From: a virus
DNA: 64,000 nt
Virus record (IMG/VR): IMGVR_UViG_3300030390_001877
Span: 1-64,000 of that record
Reading direction: 5' to 3' (one strand)
Each line of letters starts with the position of its first letter. The first letter of the stretch is position 1. The notes below the pieces were generated by a model. The model saw only the letters and a list, made by a program, of their open reading frames with translations. It searched no databases and was not told the origin of the DNA. Positions 46,467 to 55,175 of this stretch are shown here, piece after piece. A program made the position numbers and the translations under genes.

Positions 46467-46784
46467 ATGAATTGCATTGTAATACCTATACAAACTTATC
46501 AATCCGAAGAGTATCAGGAACTCCTTCGTTCTATCGAACCTGAGAATTTATACGACCTGCGCGATAAACTGTCTGCAAAAGGATACGAAATACCTATACA
46601 CCAACCTACTGGATCAATCAGGAACACTCCTCCTATAAACTGGGAGCTTGCTAAACGTTCAGATTTAATACCTGTATACGATTACCAGACTGAGAAATAC
46701 CTTATTGTAAAGGATCGTTATGTAGGTAAATGTTGTTGGATGAATAAATCTGATTTTATTTTACTTTCTCAGAAAGGATCATAA
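46467..46784 (+). CDS. hypothetical protein
   Basis: start re-called at ATG 46467 after GAGGAGG. Confidence 0.7.
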   Translation: MNCIVIPIQTYQSEEYQELLRSIEPENLYDLRDKLSAKGYEIPIHQPTGSIRNTPPINWELAKRSDLIPVYDYQTEKYLIVKDRYVGKCCWMNKSDFILLSQKGS

Positions 46785-46787
46785 ATC

Positions 46788-46991
46788 ATGAAAGTACTAT
46801 TCCTTCTAAAAGGAAACACACCTCTTTACGAAAAGGTGCAATCTTACCACAAATGGAAATACTCTGGTAAAAGATACCTTGCTTGTATAAGTGTTATGTC
46901 AAATGGTAATTTGAAGGGGTTGTCTGTTGGAGAAGATAATGATTACTTCTTTGAATGGTTTTCTCCTAAGATGATTAATAATTTAAAATAA
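46788..46991 (+). CDS. hypothetical protein
   Basis: AAGGA RBS. Confidence 0.65.
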   Translation: MKVLFLLKGNTPLYEKVQSYHKWKYSGKRYLACISVMSNGNLKGLSVGEDNDYFFEWFSPKMINNLK

Positions 46992-47003
46992 ATTAAAAAC
47001 CCC

Positions 47004-47080
47004 TTGACAACAACCACCCTTATGATAAGATTACCTTATATTAAAAGCTTAAAGAATACTATTTGGAGAATATTATTATG
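47004..47080 (+). repeat. promoter-RBS module, copy 1
   Basis: TTGACAACAACCACCCTTATGATAAGATTACCTT ... AATACTATTTGGAGAATATTATTATG; identical blocks at 47988-48056. Confidence 0.9.
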
Positions 47081-47344
47081 ATTAAAACTAGAACATACGA
47101 CCAAACATCACAACGCTGTGCAATACTAGAATCTTTCGGGTTGAAAATACTCCACGAAGATAGTAGAGTTATTCACGAAAGTTTTCCTGAGATAGAGTTT
47201 GACTTTTCAAGTATTGACCTGACATCTGAGAAGGCTGCTCGTAATATAATGTGGTATATCATTCAAGTAACCAGTAGTGTAAGTCATTCCAAAGGAGAAG
47301 ATAATCTTCGTAAACAGTTTAATAATTTGTTGAAAGGAGAATAA
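47078..47344 (+). CDS. hypothetical protein
   Basis: start re-called at ATG 47078. Confidence 0.7.
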   Translation: MIKTRTYDQTSQRCAILESFGLKILHEDSRVIHESFPEIEFDFSSIDLTSEKAARNIMWYIIQVTSSVSHSKGEDNLRKQFNNLLKGE

Positions 47345-47346
47345 TT

Positions 47347-47553
47347 ATGTCAAAAGAATCTTTCGAAGTTTACACAATGCAATACCTAAAAGATCAAAAC
47401 TATAATGGATGTTGGAATCATATTGGGAATGGTAACACTCAAACCACGTTATATATTGAAAAGGATGGTGTAAATTTAGAATTAAATGATAAAGAGATTA
47501 ATAAAGTTTTAAAGAGTTTATCGGCTTTCAATCCTACTATTAGAGTATCTTAG
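47347..47553 (+). CDS. hypothetical protein
   Basis: AAGGAG RBS. Confidence 0.7.
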   Translation: MSKESFEVYTMQYLKDQNYNGCWNHIGNGNTQTTLYIEKDGVNLELNDKEINKVLKSLSAFNPTIRVS

Positions 47554-47562
47554 GAGACTACC

Positions 47563-47964
47563 ATGCCAACATATATTATTAAATTCCCAGATCAGACACA
47601 CCTTACCAAGCCAGAACCTTGCTTATACGGTAACTATCTTTCTGATCATAAGTATAGTCAGTTTGATAGATCTATAGCTCAACAATTTACTTCCTTGGAA
47701 GATGCAACTATTGTAGCAGATATTGTTGGTGGTAAGGTTACTACGCTAGAGACATATGAAAAGTTCGAAGAAGGTAAAACTTACCTAACTATAGGTGGAG
47801 ATGAGTTCTTTGTAGAAGCTATTGTAGGTAACTGTGTACGTAATGAGAAAGGTAGCCATCGTTACAATAGACAAGACTCTATAGGTTGGTGTAATGGGCG
47901 TACTACAGGAAGTAAGTGGACTGAAAAATGTTTACGATACCCTCCAGAAGCGGTTGTAAAATAA
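47563..47964 (+). CDS. hypothetical protein
   Basis: AGGAG RBS. Confidence 0.75.
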   Translation: MPTYIIKFPDQTHLTKPEPCLYGNYLSDHKYSQFDRSIAQQFTSLEDATIVADIVGGKVTTLETYEKFEEGKTYLTIGGDEFFVEAIVGNCVRNEKGSHRYNRQDSIGWCNGRTTGSKWTEKCLRYPPEAVVK

Positions 47965-47987
47965 CTTAATTTATTTAAGTTTACCTA

Positions 47988-48056
47988 TTGACAACAACCA
48001 CCCTTATGATAAGATTACCTTGTCTTAAACAATACTATTTGGAGAATATTATTATG
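47988..48056 (+). repeat. promoter-RBS module, copy 2
   Basis: see copy 1. Confidence 0.9.
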
Positions 48057-48458
48057 AAACAATATATTATGATGAATAAAGAAAACAACAGAGTACTTCT
48101 AGAGTCTGATTCACTTTATAAACTCTTAAGTGGAGAGCTTGGTAATAAAGGTGTAGATAATTTTAAACCTCTCTTAGTCAAGAAAAGTTTTATAAACGTG
48201 ATCACTTCTTGGTGGAATAAATTGACTCTTACTCCTGTAAACTATTCCCTATTAGATTACGATTGGGTGGATGGTATGGTTACAGAATATGAATGGCTTT
48301 ATAGAAAGAGTACAGGGATTGTTTATAAAGTTTACAGTCCTACTTCAAAAGAGATAGTTCATAACCCTTTCATTAATATGTTTAGTCATGACGGAGAAGT
48401 TTGTATTAAGGGTATCGGTTTGTTACCTTACGAAGATTTTCTAGTTTTTAATTTTTAA
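48054..48458 (+). CDS. hypothetical protein
   Basis: start re-called at ATG 48054; the track start lies inside the promoter. Confidence 0.7.
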   Translation: MKQYIMMNKENNRVLLESDSLYKLLSGELGNKGVDNFKPLLVKKSFINVITSWWNKLTLTPVNYSLLDYDWVDGMVTEYEWLYRKSTGIVYKVYSPTSKEIVHNPFINMFSHDGEVCIKGIGLLPYEDFLVFNF

Positions 48459-48470
48459 AGAGGAAGAGTC

Positions 48471-48749
48471 ATGTTTCAGCAATTACAAAGTAAGTACATC
48501 AAAGAGAATGGTAAATTTAAAGTAGTGTACTCTGTAAAAATTACCGACCCTTTTAAGAAGTTCTCCACAGATGAAATTGATTGGTATGAAGCAATAGGGT
48601 GCGGTTTTGAAAGAAGTATACCTCCTCTTGAAATAACTTCTGATGGGAAGGTAGCCTCTTGGGTAGAAGAATTAATATTACCTTCCAGTAAGGCTATACG
48701 TTACACTGAGTCACAATTAAATTTTATACTTCGTAATACAGTTTACTAG
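48471..48749 (+). CDS. hypothetical protein
   Basis: GAGG RBS. Confidence 0.7.
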   Translation: MFQQLQSKYIKENGKFKVVYSVKITDPFKKFSTDEIDWYEAIGCGFERSIPPLEITSDGKVASWVEELILPSSKAIRYTESQLNFILRNTVY

Positions 48750-48758
48750 GAGAACAAC

Positions 48759-49043
48759 ATGAAAACACTTTTGGAATATATTAAACTTTACCCAGAATCA
48801 TTTATTGCAACAGCAACTAGACGTTCGCAAACAACACCTTCTCAGCAGAACCGTACTAATCATTTATTTTTGGCTGAGAGTATTTCTAGTAAAAAATGGG
48901 ATTATGTTGAGAGTATTATCACTATGCCAGAATATCAATCACCGTTAGACGGAGTAGTTGTTTGTTTAAATGATTTTAGTAATCTTCCTCACGATGTTTG
49001 TGTGGGTATATATGAGTCTTGGGTAGAGGGGTATATATTATGA
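48759..49043 (+). CDS. hypothetical protein
   Basis: AGGAG RBS. Confidence 0.7.
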   Translation: MKTLLEYIKLYPESFIATATRRSQTTPSQQNRTNHLFLAESISSKKWDYVESIITMPEYQSPLDGVVVCLNDFSNLPHDVCVGIYESWVEGYIL

Positions 49044-49213
49044 AAATAGTAAACAGCTTTGATTGGGTTTTTGCTACACTAACAATCCTAATTGGAAGTT
49101 TTGTAATTATAGTAGGATCACTTCCTGCTGAATACCTATTTATACAATTAATGGTTGTACTTTTACAAACTTTTCGTGTAGGGTATACTTTCGCTAAAGA
49201 GGGTTTATTATGA
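49040..49213 (+). CDS. small two-helix membrane protein
   Basis: ATG 49040 overlaps upstream stop. Confidence 0.65.
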   Translation: MKIVNSFDWVFATLTILIGSFVIIVGSLPAEYLFIQLMVVLLQTFRVGYTFAKEGLL

Positions 49214-49506
49214 AAAACTATATTACAGAAGGTGAGGTTGATTCTTTAATATTAAGAAACATTTGGAAACAGGATAACTTTGCAATAAATTATAGCAATA
49301 ACGAAAACAAAACTTTAAATATGGTTGTTCCAAAAGAGAGACCTTCTTTTGTAAGTGGAACCTTTCATGTACATTACGGAGGAGAAAAGATCACTCTTCT
49401 GACAAAAGTAAAGAAAGGTTGTGGGAAAGGAAAGCCTCGTAAAGTTGTATTCTTTAAACAAAGGAACCTTTTTGAAAATTTAACTTGGAGGGAGAAATTA
49501 TTATGA
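49210..49506 (+). CDS. hypothetical protein
   Basis: coupled. Confidence 0.7.
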   Translation: MKNYITEGEVDSLILRNIWKQDNFAINYSNNENKTLNMVVPKERPSFVSGTFHVHYGGEKITLLTKVKKGCGKGKPRKVVFFKQRNLFENLTWREKLL

Positions 49507-50054
49507 AAATATTTAAACTTTTAACAACAGGTTGCTTAGTAGTAATGTTATCTGCTTGCAGGAACACTGTCTTGGATGAGAGTCTTGTTAATCAGAAGGA
49601 ATTAGCTATATTATCTTCTATCAATAAAAACATTTATAACTCTTGCAAGGCCTACCCTGTAAAAGTTGTGAAAGCTATTAACAAACGTATGTCAGCCCCT
49701 GTGGTGGAAGATTCTTTTAAAGATGTGGAATATCTTATTAAAGCTTTTGACGACTCCTTGTCTTGTATTAAAACTAAAACAACTCTGCAGGAACTATATT
49801 ACAAACTTTATAACGAGAAGTTATTCTCAGGTAAGGGTGTTGTTTTAGAAAGAGGCTCAACTCCGCAAGAACTTCTTACTGCAAAAGAGATAAGAGAGCT
49901 TACAGATACAGTTAAATCGTGTAATGTTGCTAAGGTAAAGGTAATTTCTTTACTTGACCAAAATAACCTTCTTACTGTAGAAGATAAAAATTCTATAGAA
50001 AAGCTTGTACTTCGTTGTGAAAGTGATAAACTTATACAAGAGTTAAATAATTAG
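49503..50054 (+). CDS. lipoprotein
   Basis: MKIFKLLTTGCLVVMLSA-C lipobox; ATG 49503. Confidence 0.75.
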   Translation: MKIFKLLTTGCLVVMLSACRNTVLDESLVNQKELAILSSINKNIYNSCKAYPVKVVKAINKRMSAPVVEDSFKDVEYLIKAFDDSLSCIKTKTTLQELYYKLYNEKLFSGKGVVLERGSTPQELLTAKEIRELTDTVKSCNVAKVKVISLLDQNNLLTVEDKNSIEKLVLRCESDKLIQELNN

Positions 50055-50222
50055 GAGAACTCTCATGAAAACAGAACACGATTACAACAAAGCCTCTCAG
50101 GTAATAAAACTCCTCAACAAGAATAATCTGTTGAAAGAAAGATTTTCTGGGCAAGTTTTTGTTGACGATTATGAAAAGTTGTGGGATACTGTTTTCCAGA
50201 TAATTGATATTATAGAGGAGAA

Positions 50223-50420
50223 ATGATTATGAATTGGAAACAACTTCAAAAGAAAGAAGACCTTCTCAGAGAGTTACACTGTCTCACAGAACAATCCATT
50301 CTCGCTGAAAAGGAAAACAACTTCTCAGAACAAGAACGTCTTGCAAATGAGATATCTATTCTGTTAAAGTATATCGATAAGCAAGAATGGACTTACACTT
50401 TAGAGGAGTTAGGTTTGTGA
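50223..50420 (+). CDS. hypothetical protein
   Basis: GAGGAG RBS. Confidence 0.65.
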   Translation: MIMNWKQLQKKEDLLRELHCLTEQSILAEKENNFSEQERLANEISILLKYIDKQEWTYTLEELGL

Positions 50421-50605
50421 AAATAGGATTCTTATTAAAATGGTTATTGATATTCCTAGGAGTGATAATCTTGTTGACATTCGTCAAAGGGATTTTTATT
50501 ATAGGAATCATCACACTTCTGGTAATATTGTTCTTTTCTTTAAGGGATAATATTCGAAAAGGTGTCGATTATGTGAAGCGTAGTATTGGAAATATATTTA
50601 ATTAG
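50417..50605 (+). CDS. small membrane protein
   Basis: GTG 50417; long hydrophobic stretch. Confidence 0.65.
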   Translation: MKIGFLLKWLLIFLGVIILLTFVKGIFIIGIITLLVILFFSLRDNIRKGVDYVKRSIGNIFN

Positions 50606-50616
50606 GGGAGAGATTT

Positions 50617-51057
50617 ATGTTGGAACAAGTTAATATTGTGGAAGTAGTTTTAGTGGTTTGGGGATTGAATTTATTATTACCTTTTATTCTGGGAGCTACC
50701 ACTGGATTAGTTTTCTTCTGGAGTCGAGGAAAAGTTAACCTAGAGTTAGCCAGTGGTTATCAAGCTTTTAAATGGAGAAATGGTAAACACGACTGGGTAA
50801 ATGGAGAACCTCATTGTTGGATACCTAGATTTTTAATAGTAGAAGGTTTTCTTGGGTTATGTGCAGCCATCCTTCTTCTTTGCGCTGGTGTAGAAATTGC
50901 AATATTTGTAGGGGTAGTATCTTTGACCTTACTAGTCCCACGTTTCATCCTAGACTTATGCAAAGGATTAAAGATGAATCATAAAACAGGCAACTTAGAG
51001 GAAATCAATTCCCTAAAGAAACGTCTTGAAGACTTAGAATCTAAAGGAGATAAATAA
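50617..51057 (+). CDS. membrane protein
   Basis: three hydrophobic helices. Confidence 0.75.
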   Translation: MLEQVNIVEVVLVVWGLNLLLPFILGATTGLVFFWSRGKVNLELASGYQAFKWRNGKHDWVNGEPHCWIPRFLIVEGFLGLCAAILLLCAGVEIAIFVGVVSLTLLVPRFILDLCKGLKMNHKTGNLEEINSLKKRLEDLESKGDK

Positions 51058-51058
51058 T

Positions 51059-51591
51059 ATGTTACAACAAGTTTTATTCTGGGTAAGTTATGGACTTTTA
51101 ACAACAATTTGGTGGGGATGATTGTTTATTGGATGTTCCCTCTTATTGATAAATGGCTTGAGAGTGTAACAGATGGTGACCTGAAAAGTTTCCTCTGTGA
51201 AAAGTATCGTAACCCTTTCTTAAATAAGTTTGGTTTGATGGAGAAGACTGATCGTTGGGGTAATGTGGATTCTAGGGGTAAATGGAATTATATGTACGAA
51301 GAAGATTATTATCGTTGGAAGGCTGTTATTGTTTGGTGGGTAGCTTTGCTAGGGTTGTTTGTTAACCTTATATACTTTGTAGTTCGAAGTGTGAGTGTAT
51401 TTTTCGATAAAAAGAAAGTGTACACCTTACACGAGCTGACTACCAACATAGCAGAGTTTATCTCAACAGAACTAGCTTTCCCAATGATTATAGTTTTAGG
51501 AGCGATTCTTCTGAATACAACTCTTAAGAAGCTATACAAGTTTGGGAAGAAAGTGAAACCTTTAGTAGATAATATTAATAATCAGAAGTAA
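51059..51591 (+). CDS. membrane protein with an apparent frameshift near 51109
   Basis: RBS-supported ATG 51059 frame stops at 51121; the long frame runs 51109-51591. Confidence 0.55.
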
Positions 51592-51594
51592 CTA

Positions 51595-51622
51595 TTGACA
51601 AAAGTTTATATTCTGGTAAAAT
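51595..51622 (+). promoter_or_regulatory. sigma70-type promoter for the SSB-like gene
   Basis: TTGACA-16-TAAAAT with TG extension. Confidence 0.75.
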
Positions 51623-51785
51623 AGATTTCACGAACATTAACGCTTCTGAAAGGAAGTTACTTTTGGCAGAGATGTCATTTCATCAGGGGATTGTTATTAG
51701 GACAGTCCTCTATTTTAAAGATAATAATATTAGAGATAATATAATTTGAAGATAACTATGCAAATATTCTTAAAGAGGAGAGCAT

Positions 51786-52985
51786 ATGACATTTAGTAAA
51801 AAAGCAGGCGCAGCACAACAGGGTAATAATCCAGTGACCAAAGAAGAACTTGACGCTAAGAGTGAATGGAATCAATATCAATTCAATACTTTCAAAGCTA
51901 AAGCAAAAGAACTTCCAAACGGCAAGACTCGCAAAGAAAAGAGTTTAATTGGTAGGGTTAATCTGGTTATGGATTTGGGTTTCCCTCCTTCTGCACCTAG
52001 CGAATGGGATACGAAGTGTGCGTTACCTTCTGGGGACGAGGAATACTCTCAGGAAGAGATTACCTACATGGAAAAGAATCCTACTCACGACTTTATCTGG
52101 ACAAAAGAGTATGATGAGAGTGTTAAGAAAAGTGTTACTGTACGTAAACAGACTTCACCTTCTTACCCAGCACAAGAGTACGGCGTGGCAGTAGACTTCC
52201 CTCAGATTATGTTGGACTACAGTAAGCACCCAGAAAGTACTTCTGGTAAAGAGGATTTACGTCCACTACGTATCAGCTTGAACGGTTCGTTCCATCAGAA
52301 GTTCTTCAAGACAATAGTGTTTGATGGTAGTTTTAAACCTGTTAGTAATAACAATCTTATCTACAAGATTTGTGCTGCAGCAGACCGCGAGAAAGAGTTG
52401 GTGGATAGTCAGTTTGATATCGCCACTGTAGCGGGTGCAACTTGTAACTTCACTGTACGTGCTGATCTTAACACTTCTGATGAAGGTATTACTTACGTCA
52501 ATTGGAACGCTTCAAAACCTGCTTCTGTAGAAGATATTGAAACTCCAGATGGTGAGTGGTCAGCAGAGGATCAGATTGAGAAAGCGTTCGAGGGTAAGAA
52601 TGTATCTGAGTTTGTAGGTATCCTATTGGACGGTCAGGACTACACAGACGAGATGTTATCTATGTTGGGTAATGACACCTTTGGTTACGTTAAGCACGCC
52701 TCAGAGAGTGCTACGTTTAAACTAGAAGGTATTTCTAAGAAGACAGGTAATGAATACTCGTTTGAGAAAGGTTTGGATTATGATACCACTGACTTCGCGA
52801 AAGCATGGAAAGCATTCCGTGAAAAGAATGGAGATTCTGTAGCAGATAAACCTTCTGTCCCTAAGAGCAACACACCTAACAGTGATAAAGTGGTAGAAAA
52901 GGCCGTTCCTGTTGAGAAGAAACCTACCCAAGAAGAGTTTGTTCCAGAGGAAGATTTCGACTTTAATGATGATGTGCCTTTCTGA
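51786..52985 (+). CDS. putative single-stranded DNA-binding protein
   Basis: acidic tail ending FDFNDDVPF; position after the replication genes; strong promoter and terminator. Confidence 0.6.
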   Translation: MTFSKKAGAAQQGNNPVTKEELDAKSEWNQYQFNTFKAKAKELPNGKTRKEKSLIGRVNLVMDLGFPPSAPSEWDTKCALPSGDEEYSQEEITYMEKNPTHDFIWTKEYDESVKKSVTVRKQTSPSYPAQEYGVAVDFPQIMLDYSKHPESTSGKEDLRPLRISLNGSFHQKFFKTIVFDGSFKPVSNNNLIYKICAAADREKELVDSQFDIATVAGATCNFTVRADLNTSDEGITYVNWNASKPASVEDIETPDGEWSAEDQIEKAFEGKNVSEFVGILLDGQDYTDEMLSMLGNDTFGYVKHASESATFKLEGISKKTGNEYSFEKGLDYDTTDFAKAWKAFREKNGDSVADKPSVPKSNTPNSDKVVEKAVPVEKKPTQEEFVPEEDFDFNDDVPF

Positions 52986-53017
52986 TAAGTGATTGTTTTA
53001 TAAGAAGTTTTATAGAT

Positions 53018-53040
53018 TACCTCCTTAATTGGAGGTTTTC
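53018..53040 (+). terminator. rho-independent terminator
   Basis: ACCTCC-TTAATT-GGAGGT-TTTC. Confidence 0.7.
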
Positions 53041-53062
53041 TTATTTCAGAAGGAGATGTACT

Positions 53063-54238
53063 TTGGGTGTAGTAACAATACACGAACACTTAGGTAAGAC
53101 TTACTTAAACAAACAAGGAAATACTCTCACTGTTGTTGGTTACGTTAAGAATGATACAGGTAGAGGTTATAAGTTAACAGTTACTTGTAGTAAATGTAGC
53201 GAAGATAAAGAATTGTTCCCTGACCCCTTCCCTATACTTTATAGTAAATTAAAAGCAGGAAGAAGTCCTTGCGGTTGTACTAGAATTATATACACAGAAG
53301 ATCAAATAAAAATATTAGCGAAAAGGAAAGCGAAGGAATTAGGGCACACCTTTTTAGGCTTCACCGATGAATTCGTAAGTAACAGAGTTACTGACCTTAT
53401 TATAAAATGCCCTCATGAAATTAAAGAAATTAATTGCCACCTCTACCTTAACTATAGTAAACACGGATGTAATAGTTGTGCTTCTGAGAGGGTATCTGAA
53501 AGCTATATCTCTAAGTATGAATACCCTTCGTGCGTGGAAGAAGTTAGATCTACTGAAGTAAAAGATTATGGAAGCAGGTATCATGAGTACAAGTGTTCAG
53601 TATGCTCTTATGATTGGTATGTTGTTAACGGTTTTTGTGATGGTTGGTTTAGTTTCAAGCCATGTAGGCTTAGTAAGGGAATCTTTACTTGTCGTTGTAA
53701 CTTAAATTATTTCCCAAAAGACTCTGATAGATATAATTTAGGAAGGGCAATCAAAAGTCGTCTGCCACATAAAAATATAAAAGTTTTAGACTTTAAGGGT
53801 GATAGGATACTTTTTGAATGTTCTTATCACGGAAAAGGTGATCAAAACTCCTCTAGTTGTTTTGAAGGGAGACTTCCTAAATGTTGTGTTAAGAATTCAT
53901 GGGGATATTACGAAGATAGAAAATATGATACAGATTACCTTTACTTCGTAAGTATGGAAGACATGGAGAACAATAAATACATAAAGATAGGAAGGTCTTT
54001 TAACCTTATGACCAGAATACAAGATTTAGAAGACGGTTATTTTGTTGACTTGCTTTATCTACTAGAATCTCCCCACAAGGATATATATAAGTATGAAAAA
54101 TTCTTCCATAAAGTTTTTCGCAAGTACCGAGAACAACCTCCTACTTATTTTAAAGGGGAAACTGAAGTTTTTAATTATACTGTATTAGGAGATAAGGATT
54201 TCAAATTACTTGTGTCAGATTTTATAGAAGGTTACTAA
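53063..54238 (+). CDS. T5orf172/GIY-YIG homing-type endonuclease with repeated Cys-rich DNA-binding modules
   Basis: C-term YLYFV...YIKIGRS..R and YE..FH; N-term CSKC..PCGC, CSVC..CRC modules; TTG after AGGAG. Confidence 0.75.
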   Translation: MGVVTIHEHLGKTYLNKQGNTLTVVGYVKNDTGRGYKLTVTCSKCSEDKELFPDPFPILYSKLKAGRSPCGCTRIIYTEDQIKILAKRKAKELGHTFLGFTDEFVSNRVTDLIIKCPHEIKEINCHLYLNYSKHGCNSCASERVSESYISKYEYPSCVEEVRSTEVKDYGSRYHEYKCSVCSYDWYVVNGFCDGWFSFKPCRLSKGIFTCRCNLNYFPKDSDRYNLGRAIKSRLPHKNIKVLDFKGDRILFECSYHGKGDQNSSSCFEGRLPKCCVKNSWGYYEDRKYDTDYLYFVSMEDMENNKYIKIGRSFNLMTRIQDLEDGYFVDLLYLLESPHKDIYKYEKFFHKVFRKYREQPPTYFKGETEVFNYTVLGDKDFKLLVSDFIEGY

Positions 54239-54252
54239 ATAATTAGATAACA

Positions 54253-54289
54253 AAAAGCCCGAACTTCAATTAAGAGGTTCGGGCTTTTT
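54253..54289. terminator. bidirectional terminator at the replication/structure boundary
   Basis: AAAAGCCCGAAC...GTTCGGGCTTTT. Confidence 0.9.
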
Positions 54290-54315
54290 CACATTTATGC
54301 TTTATTAAAATACTT

Positions 54316-55167
54316 TTACGACCTATCCGTTAGAATATTAGCACATCTTCCTTGTCTGAATCCTTCCTTCTGAGTATATTCCCTCTCAAGAGTGTCCATC
54401 TCTACTCCAACAACACCCATCTCAATACCAGTATTTCCCATCTCATTTTCTGTAAGAGGAGTTATATCATAAGCATCAGTTAATTCAGGAAGAATACTAT
54501 TACCTAAAAGAGTATCTTCTGCAACATCTTCGAAATAATACTCTGAGGAAAAGTTACCTGCCATCTCTACAACAGACTCTCCCATCTCAGCGATACTATC
54601 CCCCATTTGATATTCTGTTGAAGGAGGATTACCAACAAAAACTCTATTAGCAAACGCCTCTGAAAGTCTACAAGGTCTCAAACAAACGTCATCTTCTACA
54701 ACAATAATACCGCCTGTACGAACACCTGCTGGGGTAACGTTATCCATTGTAGCAGGGATAGCTTTAGGAATATTAGTTCCGTTGGTTTCTAACACTGTAC
54801 AAGCAGGATAATGTTCCCAGTAGCGTACTTTTGTAGCTTTAGTTATTGTTTGAAGGAAACCGATTACATCCTCAGGAGTACCACTACCTGTATTACGAGA
54901 TATACCAAACCTGATAGCATCCCTGAACTCTTCATCATCTAACCCTAAACGAGACACCCCTAGCAAAGCACCTATGATATCAAGTTGATACCCGAAAGCA
55001 GTATTTAGTTCAGTAGAGAATTCTCCTAAGGCTTGTTGAGCTAAGTTTAGTTCTTCTACTTGATCAAGATATATTGATAAAAGTTTTATTAAGTTTTCAG
55101 AGTCACTAAACTGTACTGGAAGAAGATCTGTATAAGAAGAGAAGTCTCTTATCTGTAGTTCTGACAT
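54316..55167 (-). CDS. baseplate wedge / tail-fibre attachment protein (DUF2612 / Mu gp48-like)
   Basis: G.QLDIIG..LGVSR..DDE.FR.AI; follows baseplate J-like gene. Confidence 0.7.
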   Translation of the reverse strand: MSELQIRDFSSYTDLLPVQFSDSENLIKLLSIYLDQVEELNLAQQALGEFSTELNTAFGYQLDIIGALLGVSRLGLDDEEFRDAIRFGISRNTGSGTPEDVIGFLQTITKATKVRYWEHYPACTVLETNGTNIPKAIPATMDNVTPAGVRTGGIIVVEDDVCLRPCRLSEAFANRVFVGNPPSTEYQMGDSIAEMGESVVEMAGNFSSEYYFEDVAEDTLLGNSILPELTDAYDITPLTENEMGNTGIEMGVVGVEMDTLEREYTQKEGFRQGRCANILTDRS

Positions 55168-55175
55168 ATCTTCTC

